NCBI GenBank assembly: GCA_000165425.1
Contig: CT868207.1
Span: 682,001 to 746,000, forward strand
Length of the DNA: 64,000 nucleotides
Source of the DNA: Paramecium tetraurelia
Taxonomy: Eukaryota
Direction of reading: 5' to 3'
The notes under the pieces were generated by a model, which was not told where the DNA came from, made no database searches, and saw nothing but the letters and a program-made list of their open reading frames with translations. Numbering within the stretch: position 1 is the stretch's first letter; every line of letters starts with the position of its first letter. Both the position numbers and the translations under genes were made by a program. This document shows, one piece after another, positions 1 through 13,836 of this stretch.

Positions 1-295
1 GAAAATTCCTATTTTAGTATCAAAGTTCTTATAAAAACAACCCATTTTTTACTTATAAAATCGTTTGAATTAATACAGCTTCATTGATGATAGTTTTATA
101 AATCATTGAAGACACATTGGTAAGTTAATTTTAAATATAAAAAGAACAGGTAAAGATTTATTAATACTGATTATTAATTGAGATTACTTAAAGCTGTTTT
201 TTTATTTATTAATCAAATATTTTTAGAATTTCAGAACCAATATATATGAATACAAAGGCCCTTAGTTTATAAAAGAATAGAGTGAATTCTGAACA

Positions 296-1381
296 ATGGA
301 AATTATTGCAAAGAGATGTACCTTATATTTCTAAACCCATCCTAGCCCTAATTACTTAAATTAGCCCAACAATTAAACAGAAATCGAACACAATCAAATA
401 TTTCAACGCAGAAACAAGTCAAACCAGGCAATTAAACTGTCTCCAGAATCAAATTGGACTCTCTAAAAGTCGATAGTCTCGATGATCCTCCATGTTAACA
501 AGAAGAACAAGCTAAATTAAAATAGACTATTACAAGTAGATCTGCTCAATTCACCAGAAAAGTCAACTTGAACAATCACATGCCAATAAAGAAAGTCCAT
601 CATGGGAATTACTTTTTTGATAAAATTAAAGAAATTTTAATGAGTGACCTAAGAGACAATTCACCTATAAAAAAAATGGGTAGGGATGCTCTTAATCAAA
701 TTCATATGATGATTACATATCAAGAATTTATCCCTGAAGTTTCTCTATAATATTAAGGGAAATCATAAAAAAAGTTAAAAATAGCCTTTGATCTCGATGA
801 GACTCTCATTCACACAGAACCAATACAAAAGGATAAAGTATATGATTATCAAAACAATGAATTCGGAGTTTTTATTAGACCCTACTGTCGCCATGTGCTA
901 AAAGAATTGAGTCTATTGGCCGATTTATTTGTTTTTACCTCTGCTAATTAAAAATATGCAAAGACAGTAAAAATATTATTAATTAATACAGATAATCAAT
1001 CTCATTGATCCAGAAAACACATACTTTAAAGGACATTTTTGTAGAAATCACTGCATTACTCTATAAAGCAGGATTTAACTCAAACATTTAGGAATTTTAT
1101 CAAACGACTTTTCAAACATAGTAATAATAGACAACAGTCCAATATTTTATATGTAATCTATTTAGTTTAAATGATTTAGGGGTTAGCCATATAATGGAAT
1201 ACCAATAGCTCCGTATATTGATGATAAAAATGATAATGAACTACTGAAATTGTTAAATTTTGTTACTGAAAAAATTTTATAATCAGACGATGTTAGAATT
1301 ACAATTAGACGATTCTTTCAATACGATATGTTTAGACAATTTTCCGATGGAGTCTAAGCATTCAACATTTTATATAATTGA
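296..1381 (+). CDS. FCP1/SCP-type (NIF) CTD small phosphatase-like protein
   Basis: Ciliate-code translation gives IAFDLDETLIH (HAD DxDxT), VFIRPY, LFVFTSANQKYA, IIDNSP; three short introns. Confidence 0.9.
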
Positions 1382-1639
1382 TGAGTTTATATATTACCTC
1401 AATTCTCAATCTATTTTTATTCATTTTAATTCTTAATTTATATATATTTATGAGATAACTTTCATAAATAGATGGATTTTTGAAGAGTTATTTTTGAATA
1501 CTAAATTTAGAAATACTCATCTTTTATTTATATTAATAATTATTCATTTTCTAAATTTGAGTTAAGTGTTGAGTAAGGGTTCTTAGATCACATTATTAAA
1601 TAATTTATTTAACAGCTTTTTAAATTTTGTATTAATTGA

Positions 1640-2776
1640 ATGCATTACAACAATCACAACAGTAAGACATCTGATGCAGAAGGTGAGATTTAGAAATGGA
1701 AGGATAGGGCGTTGAAATTAGAAAGTGGATTTAAAGTATTAAATGATTTGATTTAGGAATTACAATAATTGATGGATGAAACTGATGATATGAGGAATAA
1801 TTTAGAGAAAAAGATAATGGAAAACCAATAGTTAGTGATTGAGAATAGCAGATTAAAAGAAAGATTGCAAAATATAGATGTTTCTGATAAAGTATTTTCG
1901 AACAAGTTATTCGATGATCATGATATCAAAGAAAAGGAATTCATTATTTAGAAATTAGAGTAAGAGATAATAGACAAGGATAATCAAATTTTAAAATTCA
2001 AGAGAGAAATAGAATCAATAAATGTATATGAAATTTAAATATTTAGAGAAGATCAAAGTTAAAGGAAGAGGAATTACATAGACAATATTAAGCTAAGCTA
2101 GAAGATTTATAAATACTATATAAGAACGATACAAGTGATAGCCAATAATAGAAGTTCCAAATGACTAAGAAAATGGCTGAAATGGAATAGGTATTTCAAA
2201 TTATTATTTCTAATTAGCTTCTAAGTTTCAGAACTGAAGAAAATTAATTGTTGGTGAACGAATTAAATTTAAAAAATGAATAAATAGTTGAATTGAATAA
2301 TCACAATAAATTGATTGTTGAACTAAAAAACAAAGAATTCAAAGATTCATAATTACAATATTAGTTATCCACTTAACAATAAATAAAATAGATGGAAGAA
2401 TCTATTGCGTAATTTAAAAGAAGTTAAGACTCAAATTTAAGTGAGATTGAACAATTACTCTAATTTAAGCAATAAATGACACTTAAAATAAATGATGTAT
2501 TTAAACATTTTTATTCTTTCTTAGCTCTCATCAACTAATTAGCATCTATTAATTGAAAATGAGAGTTTGAAATCAACTCTTTTGTTATTCCAAAAACAAA
2601 AAGATTAAGATGATTATATGTATGAAGATTAGAAAAAGAAAGAATCATTACATATAAAGAGATACTATGAAACATTATTAGAATAAGTAGAGAAGGAAAA
2701 CAGAAGCTTAAGATTATTATTAGAATAAAAAAGTAGAGAATTAGATGATTTATGGAATTAAAGTAAAAGATATTGA
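1640..2776 (+). CDS. Coiled-coil protein, unknown function
   Basis: E/K/Q-rich spliced frame MHYNNH...QKWKDRALKLE...LLLEQKSRELDDLWNQSKRY*. Confidence 0.75.
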
Positions 2777-2786
2777 TTTCATTTTT

Positions 2787-3297
2787 CAATTACATATAGA
2801 AATCAGAATTTTATCTTAGTTAGTTTCGATCAGCTTTGAAATAGCTTTTCATAATTTTCAAACTTATTTTTTATAAATTATGCTTTAATGTAGGCTCCCC
2901 CTTTTCCATCTTTTCTGAACGGTTTTATGATATATAATGGTGGTAGAGATGGAACTGAGCTATTATAGAATCTGTCATGCTTTATTCTTAAAATTGAGGG
3001 GTCTTCCTTTTAATGATTTTTATTAGATATTTGCTGATTAAAAAGCGGTTGTGCTGGCCTCTATATTTTGAGTCCTTAGAGATCTAGAAACATAAGATCT
3101 TTTTGATATTTATTTTTTTCGGTTAAATCCATATCATAAATTGGATTCGACAATTTAGGGAACATTAATTGAATAAAATATAAAATATTTTCTAGTGTAA
3201 CTAAATCACTGTATGAATTATTAAAACTATTTTGAAATAGAAGGTTTAATTGATCATAGATTTTGTTCATTTAATTATCTATTTCGTCCTATTTCAT
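2787..3297 (-). CDS. Hypothetical protein (3' end uncertain)
   Basis: Open frame MKQDEIDNQMNKIYDQL...SVPSLPPLYIIKPFRKDGKGG; the last splice and stop are ambiguous. Confidence 0.35.
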
Positions 3298-3369
3298 AAA
3301 AAGAAATAATTTTTTTGATTTTCATTACAAGTAATTTTAATTCCTTATGGTCTTACGTATGTCTTATGT

Positions 3370-3555
3370 TCATTCCCATTATATATGATAAGGTTCAGAT
3401 GATGACAACTCATTTTTATTGTAAGTTATCAAAATTTAATTAAGAGTCTATGTTTCTTTTTTCTCAATTTAATTCTGAGAAATATATTTTATTAGCCTCT
3501 TGTTAAAATTCAATTCCTAATTCTTTTTAATATGATTACTAAAATGTTCTGACAT
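3370..3555 (-). CDS. Possible 61 aa hypothetical protein
   Basis: ATG-TGA frame MSEHFSNH...PYHIQWE*; no homology recognised. Confidence 0.3.
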
Positions 3556-3825
3556 GATTATAAATTAACATATGCCATGATATTATTATCTAATTATTGA
3601 TATATACTAAGTTATAACACTTTATAAAGTCTAAAATGTCTGAAAAAATAAGAAATAAAAAATTATAAAAATGAATAAATAAATTATTTTCTTTACTTGC
3701 AATATTTTATAAAATTAAAGTGACTAACATGCTATGGGGGCTAATTAATTCATTATTTTGTAGTATAATTTTGACATTTAAATTAAACAACAATAAATTT
3801 TATTTACTTTAATAATTATAACAAG

Positions 3826-4490
3826 ATGTACTCATATGCTCCATTAGGCGTTTCTTATGCTTCTCCCTTAGCAACATCAATAGCTAGACCAGTGCCAGGT
3901 AACAATCAAATGCAAATAAAATTTAGTTGGATACGCAGCTCCAGTGTCTTATGCCGCTCCAGTTTCCTATGCTCCTCCAATCTCATATGCCGCCCCAGTT
4001 TCTTATGCAGCTCCTCAATATTCACCAATCAGAGGAGAATCCAGAGTTGAATATGTTCCATATCAAAAGCCAGTTGTTGAATTAGAAGAGGAAGTCAGAA
4101 CCTTTTAAGTATATTGATACATTAAACATTAGGTACCAAAATAAAAGTGGGTTACAGATTATTACCCTGTTGAATATCAAAAGGAATACGTTCCATAAGT
4201 GTCTTATGAGAAATAAATCGACTACGTTCCTGTTGAAAAGAATGTCCCAAGAGTTGATTATTTAGAATATGAAAGAGAAGTATTTAATTTATTCAATCAT
4301 TTAAAAGGTCAGAAGAGCACCTCCCGCTCCAGTTTCCTATGCATCACCTCTTTCCTACAGCTATGTTGCTCCAGTTGCCCCATTAAGAACAAGTGTTGTT
4401 GCACCAACCTATAATTACGGTTATGGATATGCTCCAACTTACAGTTACGCAGCTCCAACTTTTGGTTATGGATCAGTTTACAGATATTGA
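3826..4490 (+). CDS. Epiplasmin (cortical membrane-skeleton protein)
   Basis: P/V/Y-rich APVSYA repeats flanking the core GESRVEYVPYQKPVVELEEE...VTDYYPVEYQKEYVPQV; three introns. Confidence 0.88.
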
Positions 4491-4848
4491 TTTTACAATC
4501 ATATATTCGATTTTATGCAATTTTTAAATAAAAAATAAAAATAAAATAATAAAGTATTATTTTAGCAGTTTCTATCATCATTTGTAAATTAATTCAGTTT
4601 TTCTTATAAATTATTACATTTATACATAAGGATTTCTAATATATATTTTATTTTCATTAATTGTCATGGTGATGATGATTGAATGTTTTATAGATTGATC
4701 AAGAAAGTAAGAAAAGATAACTTAGAGAGATGATAGAAAATTTATAACTTTTCATTTCAAACATGTTACAATTAAAATGATGATGTAATTATTAAAATTC
4801 AAATGAGAGAAGTATTATTATAATAACTTATTAATTGCGTAATAATAA

Positions 4849-6178
4849 ATGAATGCTAATTCATTTCTAACAACCAAATGCACTAGTTTCAGTTTCACTT
4901 AATATAAGGTGAGATCTCGGTCAATTTAACACAAATCGTTAGAAAATAGTCGCTCTCATCCAAGTCAGAAGGATCTGTTAGAGAAATAAAAACAATAACG
5001 TAGAAGTGTCCATGTAACAACATTATTGCAACAGAATCTTAACATTAATTAAATGTTCACTAAACCCATAATTGATGAATTAATGTGGAGATAATCAGAA
5101 CTTTATATGAATCGTAACATCATATGATTTAGTTTAGAATTTAAAATACAACTAAGTTATATTGTGGACAGTGGGAACTTACAATAATTTGGAGCCATAA
5201 TTTGCATGACAGCCGAGATTCTTCTAAAAATCAAAGATTTTAATAATGCTTGTTACTATTTCAATTAATATGTATGTTGAACGTTTATAATTTGAGAGAA
5301 TTTTGAATACACTCACCAAGAATCATGCTGAAAAAGCAAAAGCTTTAATTGGTTTGGCTAACTGTGCTTAGGAAATAAAAATGAATCGTGAAGCATTAAC
5401 AATATTAAAGAAAGCATTGTAATATGCATGGCTCAGCAAGGAATACGAACTACAGATCTATGAAAAATTAGCCTTAAATTATTATTACTTGGGATAAAGT
5501 GAGGAATAGTATTATTTCCATTAGAGAGGGCTGTTAGGCATATTGGAATCTGATGAATCCCCTATCAAATAATTTAGCTGTGAGTCCTTGCGAGATTAAT
5601 TGAAGAAGAATAACATAGAGATCAAGACTCTGTGTCCTTAGTTGTTAAACTATATGAATTTACCGATTTTAAGTAGAAATGAATTGCTGAGTAGAAATCC
5701 AAACTCAATACGAAGTGATTAAGTTAAGAAATAAGTCATCTACACAGTTACAGAACAAATAGAAATAATACTATAGAAAAATGAAGAATTCCAATATTAA
5801 ATAAATACTCCTAAATACTAAAAGCTAATTAAATATCATAATAACAAAAAGGGAGATGAATTCAGAGTTGTAAATTAATCGCAATCGTCATACTCTAAGG
5901 AGAGAAGACAATATGATTTAACTAATACTACTATTTATAAATTGCCTTATGAAGTTTAAGTGAACAATCGCATTCAGCATCCCTACATTCCTGAAGACAT
6001 TAATGCGAAACTGCATGAACAATTAAGAAATGCTAATAGAACTCAAAAATTCGGATTAAGAAACAAAGTCATACTTAATCATTAGAATAGGGAAGACATG
6101 CACTATAGGAAGAATGGAGCTTGCTTGTACAGATAATTATATGCTATATTTTCATATTATTCTCAATTATTTAATTGA
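4849..6178 (+). CDS. TPR-repeat-like protein
   Basis: Helical repeats KAKALIGLANCAQEIKMNREALTILKKALQYAW and IYEKLALNYYYLG; two introns. Confidence 0.7.
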
Positions 6179-6193
6179 ATATATTATTCCATA

Positions 6194-7339
6194 ATGGGTA
6201 TTTGTTTTCAAAAAGAAGATAAGAATTAAGGCAATTAAATTGAAGATTCTAAACCAGGTTCTTCTAATACACTCCCAGTGGATGCTTAGCAAATAAAACT
6301 CAATGACTAATTGAATCTAGTATGTTTGGAAGATTTTATATCTAACAAAGTAAATTAATAACTGATAATTCAAAGGTTGTTGGGAGAGGATCCTTTGGAA
6401 AGGTCATGTTGGTTTAGCATAAAATGACAAAACAATATTATGCAATGAAAATACTAAGAAAGGATGTAATTTAATAAAAAGGCTAATAAATTCACACAAT
6501 GAACGAAAGATAAATTTTAGAAGTTGCTTAACATCCATTTATTGTCAAATTGCATTTTGCATTCCAAACTCCTGAAAAATTATATTTAGTTACAGATTTT
6601 CTCCCTGGAGGTAATTCTCATCTTCATTTTAGGTGAATTATTCTACCATTTAAGAAAATCAAAAAAGTTTTCAGAAGACAGAATGAAATTATACGCAGCA
6701 GAATTAATCTTGGCACTTGATTACCTTCATCAGAAAGGCATTATATATAGAGATTTAAAACCAGAGAATATTTTGATAGGAGTTGATGGCCATCTGAAAT
6801 TGACAGACTTTGGCCTCTCCAGAATCAATCTAAAAGAAGGAGAAAGAACATACACATTCTGTGGTACTCCAGAATATTTAGCCCCTGAAATTTTGTTAGG
6901 TTAAGGGCATGATTAATCAGCAGATTGGTGGAGTCTTGGGGCACTCATGTATGAAATGATAGCTGGAGCCCCTCCATTTTACTCCAATGATAAAGGAATG
7001 ATGTTCAGAAATAGACTCGAAAAGAAAATTGAAATGAAACCATGGTTTTCTGAAGAAATTTCCAATCTACTTACTGGGCTCTTGATAAATGATGCTACTA
7101 AAAGGATTACTATTGATTAGATCAAAACCCACCCCTTCTTTCATTCCTTGTCTTGGGAAGACGTATATCACAAAAAAATTAAACCATAATTTATACCAAA
7201 ACTTAAAGATGAATTAGATTTATAAAACATTGATCCCATTTTTACAGAGGAAGAAATAAATGATACTCCTATTAATACAATCAAAGGAGGAACATTTGAC
7301 AAATTTACATATGCTAATTCATAAATATTCAAATAATGA
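6194..7339 (+). CDS. AGC-family Ser/Thr kinase (Akt/SGK/S6K-like) with MGxC acylation motif
   Basis: [35 protein letters not shown] and C-terminal hydrophobic motif FDKFTY; starts MGICF. Confidence 0.95.
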
Positions 7340-7874
7340 TAGAATTAATGTTTTATAAAATCTATTAAAAATTCATTATGACTTCAAAAAGTTTATTATA
7401 ATATAAAGCAATTACAATTAATTTATTTACCATTGTAACTAATATAGTTTTGATACTACTCTATAAGCATCATCTGCATCCATTCTTTCTAATAACCTAA
7501 ATTATAAAAGGATCTATTAATTATATTATTTTTTATAATTTAAAGTCTCTTTTTATAGAAAATTAATGATTAAGTTGCAACTATCAAACGAATAGTAAAA
7601 TATTTCTATCAATCCTTCAAAACCAACTTAATTGCTTTTCATATCAAATTGGTATTACAATAATTTATGTACTACTATTTAAATTTAAATTCATCAAGTA
7701 TCTTACTGATTTGTATTATTTCCTATTTTAATAAACTCATGAACAAAATGTTATAAATTTTGTTTTTGATTTTCAATTTTTTTATTTCTTTAAGAATTCA
7801 ATTCGATAAATTTAATATGTATTTTTAATGTTGTTCCAATATAAAAATTAACATTATTATATAAATTAAAATTA

Positions 7875-8367
7875 ATGGGGTTATGCTCGTCTATGCATCA
7901 TGAGACTGAATTATCAGCATCTCTTAGATTAAAAGCCATTTAAATATTCCAAAAAATTGATAAAGAGAATAAAGGAGTGATTGACAAAAAGACCACGCAA
8001 TAGTTTTGGTATATATTCCCTCTATTACTCTCTAAGGCAGTCTAACTTTGCTAAAATTAATACTGAAGCTCTATTTAAAGCAGTAGATTTTGATAATTCG
8101 GGTGATATCACCATTTAAGAGTGGCTGACTTTTTGGAAAATAGTAAAGAAAACTGGATATACTGAATAGGAAATTAATGAGGAAGTATAGCAAATGTTCT
8201 ATAAATAGCTTGATGAATTAATGCAAGGGAAAGCGTGGGTTTAATTTAGAGTAGTAGATCAATTTATTTAAGTTGATAAAAATAGGAGAAGATCACAAAT
8301 CCCTCAAATAGTGATGTAGGAACAATAAATGACTTTGAGAAAAACTAAAACAGCTGAAATCAAATGA
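7875..8367 (+). CDS. Small EF-hand Ca2+-binding protein with MGxC motif
   Basis: EF loops DKENKGVID and DFDNSGDITIQE; starts MGLCSS; two introns. Confidence 0.85.
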
Positions 8368-8403
8368 TTATATATTCATATTTGTACTAATACAATTCTT
8401 TGA

Positions 8404-10605
8404 TATCATCGCTTTACTTTAAATTATTAATCGAATTTATTAAATTACGTAATATCAAGTGATTATATGGAAGTCTGACATAATATCATAATGATGATTC
8501 TATTTAATATATAATAAAGGATAATTCTTAATTCCTTTAATTAAAAAACTATGTGACTTTAATTAAATTTAGCAGGAAGTATGCTGCATTAATAATATTA
8601 TTGAACTCTTGTGAATTAAACTAAGTACTACATCTAAGCATTATTAAATTTAGTATTGCGGAGGTTATAATACCTAACTAAAGTAAATTATATATTAAAT
8701 TGTGATAATTTTCTCGACCAAATTTTTATAAACTAAACAACATCTCATTTCAAATATTTCATAGGAGAATGAATATAAATGATTAAGATAATTCTAAATA
8801 AGTAAAATTAGGTTAAAAAATATTAGAATAACTCAAAATATGATATATTGATGAATAAGAATTTGGATGATTGGAGGTTTAAAAAGATATAATTAAATCA
8901 TTCAATCAAATAAGAATTTCAAATGAAACTTTTAATCTTTTATCTTTTTTTGTTTATAATCTTAAAGTACTTTAATTAAAGGCTGAATACAGAACATATT
9001 CGCACATAATTAAAGTAAACAAAAAGGGTTCCTAACTTATTTTTCTTTTTTCTGATAAAATTTGAATGCATTCCAAAATCTTTTATTTATTTTTTATCCA
9101 ATTTTTATCATCAAAATCCAACTATCTTTTTATCAAATTATAGACTTAACTTGAAAAAAGTACCTTTTTTGTTTCCATTTTAAAGGTTAGATGACTAAAT
9201 AGAATTTTATTACTCCATTTAATCATTACTTGAAAGTCTGAATCTACAAATTATGTTAATCCAACTAAAACCATTTGTAATGCTCTTAAATTTAATTAAA
9301 AAGAATCATTAAACTCTGGAATGTTTTTGAAAATAATTTGTCTTGATAATGTATTTTATAATTATTAAATTACTTCTGGCATTTTAAATTAAGATCTTTA
9401 TGTAAGAAGAAGATGCTTGTTATCCAACCATATTCTGTAAAATTGTAAATTAACAATCTATTGTAGTACAAGTAACTTATTATTAAAAGTACAAATGCTA
9501 GAAAGAATTTTTGAAGAGCATTAAATAAATAAACTTTCCTATAACTTTTGGTTTGATAGTGTTTATTTTATTTCCTGCCTAGATTAACTATCAAAAGCTA
9601 AAATAACACATTAAACATCTTGAAGAATGTATTAAATTAGTTTAACTCTGAATTCCTATTTCAATATACTGGAACTAACATCATAAGATGGTATTAGCTA
9701 CTCAAAATTACAGCAAAATTATTCCCGAATTGCCATTTCTAAAGATTCTGTTTTCAACTTAGCATGAGAGGATCCACTATGGATTATTGCCATCTAAAAT
9801 AATATCAAATTTAAACATCTCTCAAAATTTTTCTTAATTCTTAATTGTCCTGAATTTGAAATTTTTTTTTGGTTCTTTCATTGATTTATTTGATAATGAT
9901 TTGATCTTGTCGTTTATCAAATTCAACTACAATCAATTCATAATCCACTATTTATTCTATAATTTTTATCCATTTATTTCTCTCTCGATTATCAATAAAT
10001 TATAATCGTTTTAACTTTAGATTTGTATATTTTAAAAATATTAAACCTAACAAAACACTCAGTTGGGTAAGGCTTAAAGCAATAAATTCTAATGAATTTT
10101 CCATATACAAGATTAAAAACAATATATATAATCCTAAAATGCTTATTGCCTAAGGTAAAATTTAATAACCTTGCTACATGATGGCTATTGTATATAAAAT
10201 ATATACCAGAATGAAAATAAAACGATTAAAAGCCATAAAACCATTAATATTATGAAACTTAAAGCGATGATTATAGATTGTCTATGCTCCAAACAATTGC
10301 AAATATTATTTAGAGAGCAGGCAATATTATAATGGCGTATTTTGGACAACTGTCTATAATTAATTTGAACACTATAATCAGGCCAGCAATTATAAATATG
10401 ATCAAAATACTAGTCAAATTAAAGTATTCTGATTAAAAGTACGATGATAAATAAAAGGGAAAAAAAAGCTCAGTTAATATGTTATTTATACCAAACATTA
10501 AATAGTGAATAAGTTAAACTCTTCTTTTACTTTTATTGATTGATTATCCCTAAATTCTTGTTCAATAGCATCTGATTTAAAACTTAGTGTTAATTTGTTT
10601 AGCAT
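8404..10605 (-). CDS. Multi-pass membrane protein, possibly a degenerate histidine-kinase-like protein (3' end approximate)
   Basis: MLNKLTLSFKSDAIEQEF start, several hydrophobic helices, then a long cytoplasmic region with no H-box. Confidence 0.55.
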
Positions 10606-10717
10606 TTTGTCTTATTTCTTAGTACTAAGATAATATTATATTTAATTAAGTAAATCAAATAAAAAAAAAATAAATCCCAAAAACTGATTCAATCTTCATT
10701 TTAATTATATAAATCAT

Positions 10718-12097
10718 TCAAAATATGAAACATTATATTAACTGACCAAAATCATTATTGATTTACAAATAAATTGAGTTTTTCATGTTTAACCTACCTT
10801 TTATTTCAATAATTTTGTCCTTTGAGTTCTACTATTCAATAATTTAAATCTCATTAATCAGAGTTATATTGTAAATATTGAATATTTTATCTAATTAAAA
10901 GTTAGAGCCATTGAAACTAAGTAACTTTATTTACAAATCAGAAAGTAAAATTAATTTTGCATCATTTTAATAAAATCTCGCATTTACATACCTTTCTTCC
11001 TAATAATCCAAATTAATCTCTAAATTCAAAAGTTCAGATGTATTTACAACTTCGTATAATGTAAAAACAAAAGATTACAATATATAGAAATATTTGGTAT
11101 TTTATGAAAATTGAATGTCAATTAAACCTCTACTCTTCAATTGAAATTTATGGAAAATTTCATTTTTCGATAAGTCCTTTAATTCAAATTATATCACATA
11201 GTCATCTCCTTGAGAAGTGACTTAAAGTAGATTATTGTTTGAAACAGCGATTTTAGATAGTCCAAAATAATTTTTTTTCTCAAAATTATGATTTGCAATA
11301 CAATGGGTAAATACTGAAAATTATTGCAAATATTCAATTTCGTATTAATCAAATTAAAAGAAATGTATTTTTTACTTAAAACTCTACTTAATCTATTCGC
11401 TATTTATATTTAAATCAATTAGTTTCAATTAAGGTATTTTTTAAGATTTTAAATTTTTTATATTTAAATCCATTAGCTTATAAAGTTTTCTTTCTTGCAT
11501 AAACAATTCCTTTATTTTTCTTAAGGCTATTTTTAGTTTTTTGTAATTCTAATAGCAGACATAAAGATCGTTTTGCTAAAATTTAAGATGAAATGAATAA
11601 AAGTAAGCATAGCAAACTTAATATGGAATTCTACATATTTATTATTCGTCTGTGTAAGTAATGGAATGTCTTTGAATCGAGGATTTGAGTTTCAAATCAT
11701 CTGGATTCTTAAAAAATTTATTAATCTACTCAATCCCTTCTAAACTGTTTAATTTATTTGTAAATTTTATTAATTTCTCAATTTCTTCTTCTTAATATGA
11801 TGTTTCTTCCAAAATCCCTGAATATATAGAATTATTAAAAATAATGGGAAGAAGGTAATAATAAGATTTCATATACTCTTCAATTTATTTATCGCTTTAG
11901 AACTATTCTAAAAGATCATAAAACTCTAGTAAAAAATTAAATTTTGAAAAGTATTATTGTGCTATTATTATTTGCTATTTCAGTGATTTGTAGATATTAT
12001 AACAGAACTTAAAGTTGTCCTTATCATTGTCTGTAAGTTTTGATTAAAATTGAGAAATTTCTGATTGAAACTCTGAATTTTCTGATATACTCCACAT
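10718..12097 (-). CDS. Hypothetical 459 aa protein, possible beta-propeller C-terminus
   Basis: Intronless 460-codon open frame in the ciliate code; beta-rich C-terminal half. Confidence 0.6.
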
Positions 12098-12146
12098 TAT
12101 AAATATTATTTAGAATTCATTAAGTATTTTAAATATATAAATAAAA

Positions 12147-13541
12147 TCAATTGACTGCTATTTTATGAGTTTGATTCTTGATATTTTACAAGTGATGTCT
12201 ATGTATAGAATATGAGATACATTTAAAAGACTTAAGTTTTTAACTAATTATATCTTTAGAATAGAGTATCATTAACATCATCTTAAGAAATATAGTCTTG
12301 CTTTGAATCATGATCGTTTACAATTTAGCTAAGCACATAAGTGTTCAAGACTGACTTATTTAATTCATCTTATAATAACACCAATTATGAAGTGTTCTAT
12401 ACAGACTTTTTTCTATCTTAGAAAATATCATATGTTGAAGGTATCTTTAACGATTAACTCTAATATGGCTGTGATATTACCACTTATTTTATGTAGCTCT
12501 TGGAGATCTTTCGAATTGTTGCAGAGAAGATATTTATTTAATAGTAGTTTCTTGTTTTTAATTACTTGCTAAAAGCTAATTCTATGATTAGGTCCAGTCA
12601 TAGACATCATCATATTCAATTCTTCGAGATTAGGCTAGTTTTCTAAATAGTTAAATCAAATAATCATAATCTGGATCGCTTTGATACTGTAATGATTTTA
12701 TGTATCTATACTATTACTATTATAAATACTCTAAAGCTTTTAAAAATTCAATTGGGAGATCAATGCAAATTTCAGTGGGAGTCATTTTCATTTTCTTATC
12801 ACCAACTTATTTTTATCTTTCTTTGTTATTTTAGCTTAATATGTTCTACCATGGTAAAGTTCTTTATTCTAATCTAATCATTGAGTAATACCCTTTTAAC
12901 AATAGAATATTTATATATATCAATGATTCTAGATCATCTTTTCTTCCAAGTTCCTAGCCTTTATGCGCTGCTATTGAAGCATATCTTGTGGTTCCTACAA
13001 AGGATCGACCCTCTTTAAATGGACTATTTCATTTACTATAAAATTCTTACGCATGTTTTAAATTATTATCTCTATAAAGTTTGCTTATACCAAAATCAAC
13101 TATGTAAATTTGTTTTTAATGATACATGATATTTTCTGGTTTCAAATCTCTGTGCACAACAGATTTGTTATGAATTCTCCTAATTATTTATAACAGATAA
13201 TCTGTTATGATTAAGACGGTTTTTAATGAAAATGTTCGATATTCTTTTAAATATGCTCCAATATCCTTTGTTAAAAGTTATTAAACAAGTATGTTGGAAT
13301 TGCTATCTATTCCACTCCAAATTAATTTTGGAACTCCTTAAGTACCTAATAATCTTGTAAGAATATGTATTTCCCGATCAAGTGTTGAATTTTTCTCTTT
13401 TTTCTCAATTTTAACAGCAACCATTTGTTTTTTTTATAGGTCTTCAGCTTCAAAAACAACTCCGTAAGACCCAGCCGATAATTTCTTCTTTAGCACATAT
13501 TAATTATTAATGATTTTGTTTGGGATGCTAGGTGAATTCAT
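12147..13541 (-). CDS. Casein kinase 1 family kinase
   Basis: SAGSYGVV, VAVKIE, HRDLKPEN, DFG, FVGTTRYASIAAHKG, DDLES. Confidence 0.95.
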
Positions 13542-13836
13542 TTTATAATTTATTTTAATAAATGAATATATAAACTTATTCAAAACTTACTTATCATATT
13601 AAATTACTCCTTTTAAAGATTCTAAAAAATCAATTAAATTATTGAACACAATAGTTAATTGCAAATTAATTAAATTTTCAAGTTTTAAGAGAATTGAAAT
13701 GAATAAATTAGAGTTTTAGCAGATTGAAAAGGTTGATATTGCCTAATAATAAAAAGATTCATTTTATATTACAATCGCACTTCTTTTAAATCAGTTATTT
13801 TATAAAGGATGAAAATATATAAAATATAGTTTTATA

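Noticed and set aside
1..249. Possible 3' end of an upstream plus-strand gene with an intron near 120-145
   Set aside because: Frame could not be extended consistently to the window edge
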